DNA of 64,000 nucleotides from an uncultured Alphaproteobacteria bacterium (GTDB taxonomy: Bacteria; Pseudomonadota; Alphaproteobacteria; RF32; CAG-239), in contig CANPYJ010000002.1 of assembly GCA_947588275.1 (NCBI GenBank), positions 2,216 to 66,215 on the forward strand, in the 5' to 3' direction. Below are positions 45,252 through 54,980 of this stretch, one piece after another; positions within the stretch are counted from its first letter, which is position 1; each line of letters begins with the position of its first letter. Position numbers and translations under genes: made by a program. The notes beneath the pieces were generated by a model, which made no database searches, was not told where the DNA came from, and was given only the letters and a program-made list of their open reading frames with translations.

Positions 45252-46223
45252 ATGGTTGAAAAAACAAAGTCTGAACAACGGCCGGCGGTCAAAAGCAAAA
45301 AGGGTTTTTATGCGGTTTGGCTGGCGGTGGCGGCGCTTCTGGTCGGAGCCGGTTGGTGGGGCTGGCAGAATCCGCAAGTTCGAGCGCGCGTCCGGCAGAT
45401 GTTGACCACTGCGCCGTCGCCGCACGAAGAAGATGTCTGGCAAGCGCAGATTAACGTATTGCGCGGTGAAATTATGGGTTTGCAGAGACAGATTGAGGCT
45501 TTGTCTGTGCAACGACCGGACTTGAAACCGATTGAGGAAAAAATCTCGGCCATAGAGAAAATGAATCTTAACGTGATTGATTCCAAAGCCGACATATCAA
45601 CTCTGCTTGGAGTGGTTACGCGTTTGGACAAGGCTGAGCATAAAATTGACAAGCTGTCGATGGTGACCGACGAGAGCGCTTTGAACCTGACGGCTCTGAT
45701 GCTGGTAAAAGACGCGGCGGAACGCGGGGAAAAATTTGTTTACGAGGCCGAAGTCCTGAGCCAGCTGACCGCCAATAATCCCAAGCTTGCCAAAGCCGCC
45801 GCCAAAATGGAAACTTTGGCGCAAAGCGGCATCGTTTCGGCGGCTGAATTGCAAACGGAATTTGAGCGGTTTTATGCAGCACGGGAGCAAAACGAGGCTG
45901 TTGACAAAGAGGCGGCAAAAAGCTGGAAAGAACGAGTGAACAGCAAGCTTAAGCAATTGGTGCGGATTAAAAAAACAAATGTCAACGCGCCGTCGGCAGA
46001 AAAAAACGCTATTGAACAAATCAGTGACACTGTTGCGGCCGGAAATCTGACTGCAGCCGCGGACTTGCTCGCTGCCGAATCCGAGTATGCCGAGAATGCA
46101 ATGGCGCAGGAATGGATTGCCAAAGTTCGAACCCGCGCCGAGTTTTATGACCTGATTGATTCTATGTCTGCCAATGCGCTGGCGGCAATGAAGGTCAGAT
46201 TTTTGCAAAACAGACAGAATTAG
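45252..46223 (+). CDS. membrane-anchored coiled-coil protein, HemX/Mic60 (mitofilin, COG4223)-like
   Basis: One N-terminal TM helix (FYAVWLAVAALLVGAGWWGW) and a coiled coil. The C-terminus AAGNLTAAADLLAAESEYAENAMAQEWIAKVRTRAE fits the pattern of this family. It is divergent from tsaD. Confidence 0.45.
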   Translation: MVEKTKSEQRPAVKSKKGFYAVWLAVAALLVGAGWWGWQNPQVRARVRQMLTTAPSPHEEDVWQAQINVLRGEIMGLQRQIEALSVQRPDLKPIEEKISAIEKMNLNVIDSKADISTLLGVVTRLDKAEHKIDKLSMVTDESALNLTALMLVKDAAERGEKFVYEAEVLSQLTANNPKLAKAAAKMETLAQSGIVSAAELQTEFERFYAAREQNEAVDKEAAKSWKERVNSKLKQLVRIKKTNVNAPSAEKNAIEQISDTVAAGNLTAAADLLAAESEYAENAMAQEWIAKVRTRAEFYDLIDSMSANALAAMKVRFLQNRQN

Positions 46224-47488
46224 CAGGCGCTTGTTTCGCGGCGGGTAATCTTAATCTGGCGCAACTGGTTTTTGTTGCGTTTAAGGACTTCGAACTGAAA
46301 TCCGTCAAAAATAAATTTCTGTCCGACAGACGGAATCGAACGCGTCATGTCCAGCAAATATCCGGCAATGGTGACCGCATTGTCGTCTTCAATGTTCCAG
46401 CCGAATTTGCGGTTGAGGTCGCGAATCGGAACTTGCCCGTCGACAATATATGTGTTGTCGGCAATCTTGCGAATCCCCATAATGTCCAGATTGGAAATGT
46501 CGCTTTCGTCATTGATGTCGCCGACAATCTCTTCCAAAATATCTTCAAGAGTGACGATGCCCTGCAAGACGCCATACTCGTCAACCACAATCGCAAAATG
46601 CTCGCGACGGGCGCGGAACATTTGCAATTGCTGTTTAAGCGTGGTGTTGTCGGGTATAAACCAAGGCTGGGTCATGAGTTCGGACAGGTGGACTTTTTTG
46701 TAATCGCCGCCGCAGTCTATGACGGCTTTAAACAGAGTTTTGACGCGAATTACGCCGACAATGTTTTCCGGTCTGTCTTTATACAGCGGAATGCGTGAGA
46801 AGGGGCAATTTTCAATTTTCTGCAAAAACTTTTTGACCGGCATGTCAATATCCAGCGAAAACAAGTTTTTGCGGTGGTTCATCACGTCGTAGACGGTGAT
46901 GTCCGGCAAATCCAAAATGCTTTTGAGCATTTCTTGCTCTTGGCGTCTTTCTTGACCGTTGTACATGTATATTGCGCCGCGCACTTCCGAAAGGGCATCG
47001 TCGGCCGTGACATTCGGTTTGGCAATGCCAAAGATGCGAAAAGTCAGATTGACGATTTTTTGCAGAGCCCATACAATCGGCGAAAACATTTTTACAAAAA
47101 CGTTAATCAGAGGCGCCACCAGCAGAGCGGTGGTGTTGGCATTGCGCACGGCATAGCTTTTGGGCAGCATGTCGGTATAAATCAATACCAAAAAAGTCAT
47201 TATGACGGTGGCATAGGCTACGCCTTCGTTGCCGAAAATTCCGATTAAGACGCTGGTTGAAAGCGATGTTGCCAGTGTGTTGCTTAGATTGGAGCCGAGC
47301 AGAGTGGTGATGATGAGGTTGTCACGGCGTTCGAACAAGCGGCTGACCAATTTGGCCCGCGGATTATGACCGTTTTTTTCCTGATCGGTTACAAACGCCT
47401 GCGAAGCGCCGGTGAGAGCGGTTTCCGATCCGGAAAAGAAAGCTGATAAAAACAGCAGGATTATAATAGCGGCAACCGATATAATCAT
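46220..47488 (-). CDS. CNNM/TlyC-family transporter (DUF21 + CBS pair + CorC_HlyC)
   Basis: Four N-terminal TM helices, a CBS pair and a C-terminal CorC_HlyC domain. Confidence 0.88.
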   Translation of the reverse strand: MIISVAAIIILLFLSAFFSGSETALTGASQAFVTDQEKNGHNPRAKLVSRLFERRDNLIITTLLGSNLSNTLATSLSTSVLIGIFGNEGVAYATVIMTFLVLIYTDMLPKSYAVRNANTTALLVAPLINVFVKMFSPIVWALQKIVNLTFRIFGIAKPNVTADDALSEVRGAIYMYNGQERRQEQEMLKSILDLPDITVYDVMNHRKNLFSLDIDMPVKKFLQKIENCPFSRIPLYKDRPENIVGVIRVKTLFKAVIDCGGDYKKVHLSELMTQPWFIPDNTTLKQQLQMFRARREHFAIVVDEYGVLQGIVTLEDILEEIVGDINDESDISNLDIMGIRKIADNTYIVDGQVPIRDLNRKFGWNIEDDNAVTIAGYLLDMTRSIPSVGQKFIFDGFQFEVLKRNKNQLRQIKITRRETSAC

Positions 47489-48030
47489 TTTTTGTCCTGA
47501 CTCATAAATTGATTGATAGCCTTGATAACGCGATCGACGGTAATGTCGACCTGTTCTTCTTTGGTTTCGACGATGATGTCGGCCTCGGAATAATAAGGAT
47601 ATTCCTCTTTAATATATTTTTTGAGTTTACTTTTGAGGCGGACGTCGTTGCCTTTGAGGAACGGGCGGTGTTCGCGGCCGGCAGTGCGGTGATAGAGAAC
47701 GTCGAGGTCAGCCTTGAGCCATATGGTGATGGCATTTTGGCGGGCATATTCGCGCGTTTGGGGCGCTACAAACGAGCCGCCGCCGGAAGCCAAAACGCAT
47801 GGCGCGCCTTGGAGCAGGCGTTTCATGACACGGGCTTCGCCGGCGCGGTATTCTTCTTGCCCGAAACATTTGAGAATATCCACCAAAGGCAGGCCGGCAG
47901 CTTTTTCGACCTCGCGGTCACCGTCTACAAAAGGAAGGTCCAGTTTTTTGGACAAGCGCTTGCCAACGCTGGTTTTGCCGCTGCCCATCAATCCGACCAG
48001 CAAGATAATTTTATCTTTGGTTATTGTCAT
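47485..48030 (-). CDS. aroK: shikimate kinase
   Basis: P-loop LVGLMGSGKTSVGK and FVDGD. Confidence 0.92.
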   Translation of the reverse strand: MTITKDKIILLVGLMGSGKTSVGKRLSKKLDLPFVDGDREVEKAAGLPLVDILKCFGQEEYRAGEARVMKRLLQGAPCVLASGGGSFVAPQTREYARQNAITIWLKADLDVLYHRTAGREHRPFLKGNDVRLKSKLKKYIKEEYPYYSEADIIVETKEEQVDITVDRVIKAINQFMSQDKK

Positions 48031-48122
48031 TTTTTTAATTAATCTTTCAAAATTGTTATGCTAACTATATAAATATACGGTGGCTTTCGCAACAATTTTT
48101 TAAAAAAAATAAGGAGAACTCT

Positions 48123-48251
48123 ATGCGGCAAAAAAAATCTAACTGGATTTACTATGTGTTGGGACTGGCGGTTTTGGCGGCAGCCGTATTTGTGGTTTTG
48201 CACGAAGTTCCGTTGCAGACGACCCATGTGGAAGAAGAAATTAAGCTGTAG
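48123..48251 (+). CDS. small single-pass membrane protein (42 aa)
   Basis: AAGGAG lies 6 nt before the ATG. Translation MRQKKSNWIYYVLGLAVLAAAVFVVLHEVPLQTTHVEEEIKL. It ends 2 nt before xerD and is below the ORF-track size cut-off. Confidence 0.45.
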   Translation: MRQKKSNWIYYVLGLAVLAAAVFVVLHEVPLQTTHVEEEIKL

Positions 48252-48253
48252 AA

Positions 48254-49147
48254 ATGGCGGCTTATCTGGAAGATTTTTTGAATATGCTGGCGGCCGAAAA
48301 AGGCGCCTCAATCAACACGCTGGAGGCTTATCGGCGCGATTTGGAGCAGTTTGCGGAATTTTGCGGCAATGACCTTGCGGAGATTGAGGCGCAAAAGGCG
48401 GAAGCTTTTGTCGCGTTTCTCGGCCAAAAAGGCTACGCGCCGAAGTCTGTGGCGCGCAAGATATCGGCGGTGCGTGAGTTTTATCGGTTTTTGTTCAGCG
48501 AAAAAGCGGTTTCTGAGAATCCGGCCGCACATTTGTCTGCACCCAAACTGCAAAAACACCTGCCTAAGTTTTTGACGCCGCGCGAAACAGCAAATCTGAT
48601 TGCCGCGGCCCAGCGCAATAACTCATATTGCGGTCGGCGCTTGGCGGTCATGTTAGAACTGATGTATGCCAGCGGACTCAGAGTGTCGGAACTGGTAGGA
48701 CTGCCGGAAAACTGCATTAATTTTGAAAAAAAACAAATTCTGGTGCGCGGCAAAGGCAGCAAAGAACGGTTGATTCCGGTGGCAGAAGCGGCGTTGGACG
48801 CGGTGCGGGAGTATCTGACTTTTCGCGATAAATTTACGGGCGGCAAAAAGTCGCCGTGGCTGTTTCCGTCTTTGCACGCGGCAGGTGGGCATATGACCCG
48901 CGATGCATTTTTTAAGGACATCAAAAAGACGGCGCTGCTTGCAGGAATTGATCCGGAAAAGGTTTCGCCGCATGTGCTGAGGCATTCGTTCGCCACGCAT
49001 TTGCTGCATAATGATGCGGATTTGCGCTCGGTGCAAAAAATGCTTGGACATGCCGATATCGGTACAACCGAAATTTATACGCATATATTGGCTGACGACC
49101 TGTTGCAAACGGTGATAAAAAACCATCCGTTGGCGCGAAAAGCATAA
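48254..49147 (+). CDS. xerD: site-specific tyrosine recombinase XerD
   Basis: Catalytic region HVLRHSFATHLL...DLRSVQKMLGHADIGTTEIYTH. Chromosomal aroK-xerD context. Confidence 0.9.
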   Translation: MAAYLEDFLNMLAAEKGASINTLEAYRRDLEQFAEFCGNDLAEIEAQKAEAFVAFLGQKGYAPKSVARKISAVREFYRFLFSEKAVSENPAAHLSAPKLQKHLPKFLTPRETANLIAAAQRNNSYCGRRLAVMLELMYASGLRVSELVGLPENCINFEKKQILVRGKGSKERLIPVAEAALDAVREYLTFRDKFTGGKKSPWLFPSLHAAGGHMTRDAFFKDIKKTALLAGIDPEKVSPHVLRHSFATHLLHNDADLRSVQKMLGHADIGTTEIYTHILADDLLQTVIKNHPLARKA

Positions 49148-49170
49148 AAAAACGCTCCGCAAGGGAGCGT
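49146..49170 (-). terminator. terminator of infA
   Basis: The minus strand reads ACGCTCCC-ttgc-GGAGCGTTTTTTT. Confidence 0.65.
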
Positions 49171-49174
49171 CAGA

Positions 49175-49396
49175 CTATTCTTTGTGACGGAACGTAATGC
49201 GTCCTTTGGTGAGATCATAAGGCGTCATTTCGATATCGACTTTGTCGCCGACCATTACGCGAATGCGAAACTTGCGCATTTTGCCGGCGGTGTGAGCCAA
49301 TATTTCGACGCCGTTTTCCAACTTGACGCGAAACATAGCGTTGGGCAGTTTTTCAATTACTTCGCCGCTAAGTTCCAAAAGTTCTTCTTTACTCAT
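49175..49396 (-). CDS. infA: translation initiation factor IF-1
   Basis: 73-aa S1-like fold: [43 protein letters not shown]. Confidence 0.97.
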   Translation of the reverse strand: MSKEELLELSGEVIEKLPNAMFRVKLENGVEILAHTAGKMRKFRIRVMVGDKVDIEMTPYDLTKGRITFRHKE

Positions 49397-49447
49397 AAAG
49401 CAATCCTTTAACTGATTAATGTTGAGCTATTAATAAACCCTGATTTA

Positions 49448-51139
49448 TTAATTTGCAACTCTTTTTATTGCCGGAAATGATAAGCTGAAGCAACTGCCGT
49501 GGCCGAGCTTGCTGCTGACGCTGATTTGACCGCCGCTTTTTTCGACAATGGATTTGACAATAGAAAGCCCGAGGCCGGAGCCTTTGTGAGTGTCATCGTG
49601 CCCATCGGAGAAAAACGGGTCAAAAATGCGGTTGAGGTTTTGCGGAGCAATGCCGCATCCGGTGTCGGTAAAGTCGATAATAACCCGATGTTCTTTGGAA
49701 TACTTGACATGAACGGATATGAGGCCGTTGGCAGAGGTGGCCTTAATGGCGTTTAAGATGAGATTGATGGCGGCCATTTTGAAATCAGCTTCGTTGCCGG
49801 TAATATAAAGCGGCGTTTTGGGCGGCGTAAATTCTATGGAAATGCCGTGGCTTTTGGCCTCATAATCCAAAAGGCTGACCACGTCTTTGAGACTGGCGAT
49901 GAGGTCAATCTTCCGAGTGTTGTCGGTGGAGGCGCGTGACAGTTTAAGCAGGCGTTCGGGAACTTCTATGCAGTCGACCAATTCGTTGTAAATGAGGAGC
50001 AGATTCTTTTTTTCTTCGCTGTCGTCTTTGTCGGCATAATATTTGTCAATAAGGTGCTCTAAAATAATTCGCAGGGCGCCCAAATGATTCTTGATTTCGT
50101 GGGCAACCGATGAAGACAAAAAGCCCAAAGACGAGAGTTTTTGCTGATGCGAGAAATTGATGTCGCCGCTCAAATCGCGGATCGATTCCACCACAAATTC
50201 GCCGCGGCCTTTATAAACCAACGGCGCGGCATTGATTGACAACGGCCGGTCGGGGTGGGAGCAGAACTGTTGAATGACATTGACGTGCTTTTGACCGGAC
50301 GTCATAATTTCATGAAGCGGGCAGCGTGTCGTTTCCGGCTGGCAGGGCTGCTCGCGGTTTTGCGAGGCCTGATAGCACTTGCGGCATTTTTTGTGTTCGG
50401 CGCCGATTTGTTTGTAGTAGGCTTTGTTGGCAACGACAATATTATAGTCCTGATCAACAACGCGAATGCCGTCGGGAATGCTGTCAATCAGCGCCTGCAA
50501 AAAGGCCTCTTGTTCCTGAACTTCCGAAATTACCTGTTCCAGCGTATCCAACATATTGTTGAAGGTTAGAATCAAGTAGTCAAACTCATCGCGAAATCGC
50601 GGGCGTTTTTCCGAGGATATACGTGCCGACAAATTGCCGCGCATAACTTCCGACGAAACCAAAGAAATGCGGTTTATCGGCCGCAAAACCCACCGTGTCA
50701 TCAACAGTGCCAAAAGAATTATCGAAAGAATTATCAGCACCGCGCTGGCGCCGAACAAGTGGATGCTTTGGTTGACGGCTTCGTAACGAAGGTTGAAGTT
50801 TTGCGTAATCTCGGCAATGCGTTTTTTCTCGGAATCCAAAAGTTCGATGTGCTGACGTTCCGCCGAATCAGAACCGATCAAGCCTTGGATTGCCGGTTCT
50901 ACCGTTATCTGCGGATATTGTTTTATGAGGCGGCGCAGTTCCTGTGAAAGGCTGATGTTGCGCGCCAGAAGCTCAATGTATTGATTGTTGCGCTGAATGT
51001 TGTGGCGCTGTTCTTCCTGAATTTGGTTGCCGTAAATCCAATAAAACGTATAAACGAAAATGAGCGAGGTAATCAGAAACAGCAATAGAATGCTGTAGAT
51101 GATTTTGCGGTTAAGACTAATAAACATCGAATGCCTCAA
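49448..51139 (-). CDS. membrane sensor histidine kinase (2 TM, HAMP, PAS, HisKA, HATPase_c)
   Basis: H-box SSVAHEIKNHLGAL, N-box LNAIKAT, G1 DTGCGI and G2 GSGLGLS. The PAS region carries a 4-Cys cluster. No adjacent response regulator. Confidence 0.9.
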   Translation of the reverse strand: MRHSMFISLNRKIIYSILLLFLITSLIFVYTFYWIYGNQIQEEQRHNIQRNNQYIELLARNISLSQELRRLIKQYPQITVEPAIQGLIGSDSAERQHIELLDSEKKRIAEITQNFNLRYEAVNQSIHLFGASAVLIILSIILLALLMTRWVLRPINRISLVSSEVMRGNLSARISSEKRPRFRDEFDYLILTFNNMLDTLEQVISEVQEQEAFLQALIDSIPDGIRVVDQDYNIVVANKAYYKQIGAEHKKCRKCYQASQNREQPCQPETTRCPLHEIMTSGQKHVNVIQQFCSHPDRPLSINAAPLVYKGRGEFVVESIRDLSGDINFSHQQKLSSLGFLSSSVAHEIKNHLGALRIILEHLIDKYYADKDDSEEKKNLLLIYNELVDCIEVPERLLKLSRASTDNTRKIDLIASLKDVVSLLDYEAKSHGISIEFTPPKTPLYITGNEADFKMAAINLILNAIKATSANGLISVHVKYSKEHRVIIDFTDTGCGIAPQNLNRIFDPFFSDGHDDTHKGSGLGLSIVKSIVEKSGGQISVSSKLGHGSCFSLSFPAIKRVAN

Positions 51140-51261
51140 CTGTTGAACAGATTTACAACATATTGTAGCAGCAAAATATTTAAATGAAGTAAAGACTCAC
51201 AATATTAAACGCCGGATATTTTTGAAAGTCCGCCTATGTTTTTGCAAAGCGTTGCGCAGAC

Positions 51262-51292
51262 AAAAAAAGACAGCCTAAGCTGTCTTTTTTTT
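51262..51292. terminator. bidirectional terminator
   Basis: AAAAAAAGACAGC-ctaa-GCTGTCTTTTTTTT. Confidence 0.75.
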
Positions 51293-51307
51293 GAATGACA
51301 AACCGGA

Positions 51308-52414
51308 CTATCTCTCACCATGGCCGGACAGGACTCTGCTAAGAAGCGCCTGATTGACCCCGTGATTGAGGTTGGCGCGGTTTTGGCGGTTGTCCGCTCC
51401 TTCTTTGGTGTTTTCTGCGGTCTGGATTTTGGGAGCCTCTTTGTCGACCATGGCCTGCATTTTGTTTTGTTGTTCTTCGGTGATGAACCCAAGCTCAATG
51501 CCTTCGCGCATGAGGTTGGCTTTTTTCTCAACCGCGTCATTCAAAGCCATTCCCTTAGGATCTTTTTTAATTTCGCCTTCGATGCGCGCAATTTCGTCTT
51601 TGTCGGCGTTTTCACCCTTGGCTTTCTCGACTTTCAAGGCCTCAAAGTTTTTGCCGAGTTCGGATTCCGGCTTTTGGATTTCTTCCCAAAAGTCTTTGCG
51701 CGCCTTATCCAGATTTTTGGTGGCCGCGTCATAGTCGTTTTGTTTGATTTCTTTAATTTTATCCATGGCCGCTCTGGTTGCTTCGGGGTATTGGTCGGCC
51801 AGCTGTTTAATCTCTTCCAAACTCGGCACGTTGTCGCCTTTCATCTCCAGGCCTTTTTCCAGACAGGCGGCATAAAGCATGACTTTGTATTCCGGATGTT
51901 CTTCGAATTTGCCGAATTTAACGGAGTTCATGTCCATATTGACGGCAGTTTGCGCCAAAATACGAAAACTCTCAAAGTCGCCTTCAACTCGGGCATCGTT
52001 TTTGCTGTGAAAGACAATGTTGTGGTCTTGGTCGTTCTTATAGGGCAGAGTTTCCGGCGCCGTCGCCTCGGCTTCGGGATCACGGGCAAACGATCCGTTG
52101 TGAAATTCATTGGCTTTGACAAAGGCCTCGTTGACTTCTTTTTTCCACGCCGGATCTTCGCGACCTTCGCCTTCCTTGCTGACTTCATCGACGTTCAGAG
52201 TTTTTTCGTCTTCGGGTTTCTGTCGTTCGTCCTTCGGCGGAGTGTCACCGCTTTCCAAAAAAGTCTTAAAGTCGGCGGAATGGTTCAGAATATAGTCTTT
52301 GATATCTTCGTTTGAGGCGGCAGGATTGCCTAATGCTTCACGAGCTTTGGCCAAGGCTTCTTCATTGCTCATGATGCTTGTAATGTCTAAAGAATCAGAA
52401 TTATTTTCAGCCAT
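51308..52414 (-). CDS. hypothetical acidic soluble protein
   Basis: 368 aa, D/E/K-rich, with no TM helix or signal peptide. It has its own terminator. The antisense ORF 51320-52315 has an implausible F/V/G/L-rich composition. Confidence 0.6.
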   Translation of the reverse strand: MAENNSDSLDITSIMSNEEALAKAREALGNPAASNEDIKDYILNHSADFKTFLESGDTPPKDERQKPEDEKTLNVDEVSKEGEGREDPAWKKEVNEAFVKANEFHNGSFARDPEAEATAPETLPYKNDQDHNIVFHSKNDARVEGDFESFRILAQTAVNMDMNSVKFGKFEEHPEYKVMLYAACLEKGLEMKGDNVPSLEEIKQLADQYPEATRAAMDKIKEIKQNDYDAATKNLDKARKDFWEEIQKPESELGKNFEALKVEKAKGENADKDEIARIEGEIKKDPKGMALNDAVEKKANLMREGIELGFITEEQQNKMQAMVDKEAPKIQTAENTKEGADNRQNRANLNHGVNQALLSRVLSGHGER

Positions 52415-52488
52415 CGGTTGTCTCCCAAATAGAATACTTATGATTATATACTAGCACACATTTTTTATTTTGTCCAATATTTTTGTCG

Positions 52489-53235
52489 TTAAAAAAGCGA
52501 CTTAAATTCATGCAAAGTTGCCGCCGCCAAATATGGATTGCATTTTTTCTCTTGGCCAAGCGTTATGGGGCCGGCCGGCAAACCTTGGCCAAGTTTTTGT
52601 TTGGCTTGTTCCAAATATGCCGCAATATCGCGATTTCCGCCAAAATAAGCCCAGGCTTCCGCGGCGCCGCCGGCCGTGTATTCGTGTCCCGGATAAAATT
52701 TGGTGTCGTCGGGCAGGGTTCGGATTTTTTGCAAAGCGGCAAACATCTGCTCGGGCGTTCCCTCAAACAGGCCGCCGATGCAGAGATTAAACAAGGTGTC
52801 GCCGGTAAACAGCGCTTTGGCTGACGGAAAGTAGTAGGCCAAGTGTCCTTGGGTATGCGCCGAGACATCAAGAGCCGTGAATGTGGTGGCCGCTTGATTT
52901 TGCGCCGTTGCGGGCGCAATGTCGGGTAAAGTGTAGGTTTCGTCCGGTTTGAGGCCGATGTCAAAGGCCGGCAGGCGCTCCGAATCGTTGATGTTGCCGA
53001 CAACTTTGGCGTCGAATTTTTGTTTGAGCGGTAAGTTGCCGTCCGTGTGGTCAAAATGGTGATGAGTGTTAAAAATATAGTTCGGCCGCCAATTCAATTC
53101 GGCAAGCTTTGCTTCTATAGGAGCCGATTCCGATGGATCAATCACAATAACGGCATTGCTCTTGGAATCGCGCAAAAGATAGCTGTAGTTGTCCATTTTG
53201 CCGGCTCGGCAAAGCACGGTATGAACCTCAAGCAT
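52489..53235 (-). CDS. gloB: hydroxyacylglutathione hydrolase (glyoxalase II)
   Basis: Metallo-beta-lactamase motif THHHFDHTDGN. About 250 aa. Confidence 0.85.
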   Translation of the reverse strand: MLEVHTVLCRAGKMDNYSYLLRDSKSNAVIVIDPSESAPIEAKLAELNWRPNYIFNTHHHFDHTDGNLPLKQKFDAKVVGNINDSERLPAFDIGLKPDETYTLPDIAPATAQNQAATTFTALDVSAHTQGHLAYYFPSAKALFTGDTLFNLCIGGLFEGTPEQMFAALQKIRTLPDDTKFYPGHEYTAGGAAEAWAYFGGNRDIAAYLEQAKQKLGQGLPAGPITLGQEKKCNPYLAAATLHEFKSLF

Positions 53236-54960
53236 TTATAAATACTCCTCCGGATTAATCTCATCTATCTGTTTTTTATCGATATATTGATCGGCATAGT
53301 CCATATACACCTTGTGTTCTATAAATACGCGGTAGAGATCGGGATCTAGCTGGCCGTCGTTTTTCATATTCTGCATAATATGCAGTACCTGCGAAAGTTT
53401 TTTTGGTTCTTTATACGGGCGGTCGCGCGCCGTCAGGGCTTCAAAGACGTCGGCAATGGCCATTATTTTGGCCGGAATGGACATTTGGTCGCCGGTGAGG
53501 CCGTTGGGATAGCCTTTGCCGTTGACCCACTCATGATGATTGCCGGCGTATTCAACCACGTTTTGCAGTTTTTTGGGAAAAGGCAGCGCTTTGAGCATAT
53601 CCACCGTAACCACAATATGTTCGTTGATTTTTTGCCGCTCTTCTTTAGTAATGGTGCCGGTGCGGGTCTTTAGATTATAAAGTTCGCCGCGGTTGTATCC
53701 TTCTATAAGATGATCGGGACGGTCTTGCAACAAGGTTTCCTGCGCCGGCTGCGCATAAAGTTGAGCGTCCGGAACGGCGTTGCGCTCAGCCCACGAAAGT
53801 CCCAGCATCCGGTTGAACCAACGGGTAAAGCGTCGGCTGCCCACTTGTTCCAGACGCTTGATGTCGTCATCGGTCAGCGGAGTGTCGCCGGTGTTGCAGC
53901 CGGCCACAAAGGCAAAATCGTCTTCCAACTGCTTAACTTCAGCCAAAAACTCGGCTTGCAAAATTTCTTTGCTGTCTGTATTGGCCAAACGTTTTTGCAA
54001 ATATGCAATGTGCGCGTCGCGGCGCAAAATCTCAAACCGGTTGCGGATTTCATGAATGCGGTTATTGATGGTTTCCAGTTTGGTTGCCTTGTCAACGATG
54101 TATTCGGGAGTGGTGACTTTGCCGCAATCGTGCAGCCAAGAGGCAATGTGCAAAGTATACCAGTCGTCGGATGACATCTCAAAGTTTTTGAGCGGACCGG
54201 TGTTTTCTTCAACCGCGGCGGTGGCCAAAAGCCGCGTGATAATCGGAACTTTTTGGCAATGACTGCCGGTGTAGGGAGATTTGGCATCAATTGCCCTCGC
54301 CAAAACCTCAATGAACGATTCCAAAAGTCGCGCATAAGACTGCCGCAAATGCCGATTCTCCATAGCCATTGAGAGCAGTCGGCAAATGCTTTGTAACAGG
54401 TTGCGCGCTTCCGGCGTAAAACTGATGACCTTGCCGCCGTCGTTTTGGGCATTGATAAACTGCGCCACGCCCATCAGGTTGTCGCGGCGATCCAAAAGCG
54501 GCAGTGCCAGCACCGAAACGGTGGAATAATTGTGTTTTTTATCAAAGCGGGCAATAAACGACGTGTCGATATCGTCGTTCAGATAAATATTGTCGGCATT
54601 GATGATTTCATGATTCAAGGCGCAAAGCTCGGCCGGACGTTTTTTTTCTTTGGCGCGGATTTCGGTCAGAGATGTCGGCTTATAAAAACGATCGGCGGTG
54701 TCACTGTTGAGGTCGAGGTTAAGCGACTTAATGTTGCTGAACGTCAGTTCCATAAAGTTTTCGGACGTCAGTTCAAACAAAAAACAGCCGTCAACCGAAG
54801 CGGCTTTGGCCGCCGCAGACAAAATTTTTTGCATTAAAAGAGCGTTTGTCGGTTTGCTGGACGCTTCGTTTATCAGGGCTAAAATATCCGTCAAAATAAT
54901 GTCGTTTTCGCTGGGCACGCCTAATCCTCCGCCATAGTTTGGGAATAAGTATAGCTCCAA
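53236..54960 (-). CDS. GAF-domain HD-GYP phosphodiesterase
   Basis: HD motif WLHDCGKVTTPEYIVDK and GYP motif HHEWVNGKGYPNGL. The N-terminal ~250 aa are GAF-like. Confidence 0.85.
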   Translation of the reverse strand: MELYLFPNYGGGLGVPSENDIILTDILALINEASSKPTNALLMQKILSAAAKAASVDGCFLFELTSENFMELTFSNIKSLNLDLNSDTADRFYKPTSLTEIRAKEKKRPAELCALNHEIINADNIYLNDDIDTSFIARFDKKHNYSTVSVLALPLLDRRDNLMGVAQFINAQNDGGKVISFTPEARNLLQSICRLLSMAMENRHLRQSYARLLESFIEVLARAIDAKSPYTGSHCQKVPIITRLLATAAVEENTGPLKNFEMSSDDWYTLHIASWLHDCGKVTTPEYIVDKATKLETINNRIHEIRNRFEILRRDAHIAYLQKRLANTDSKEILQAEFLAEVKQLEDDFAFVAGCNTGDTPLTDDDIKRLEQVGSRRFTRWFNRMLGLSWAERNAVPDAQLYAQPAQETLLQDRPDHLIEGYNRGELYNLKTRTGTITKEERQKINEHIVVTVDMLKALPFPKKLQNVVEYAGNHHEWVNGKGYPNGLTGDQMSIPAKIMAIADVFEALTARDRPYKEPKKLSQVLHIMQNMKNDGQLDPDLYRVFIEHKVYMDYADQYIDKKQIDEINPEEYL

Positions 54961-54980
54961 AATATTAAGAAAATTATAAA

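Noticed and set aside
51320-52315. A 331-aa plus-strand ORF opposite the acidic protein gene.
   Set aside because: Its F/V/G/L-rich low-complexity translation is the mirror of a D/E/K-rich gene. The terminator at 51262-51292 and the gene spacing fit the minus-strand gene.
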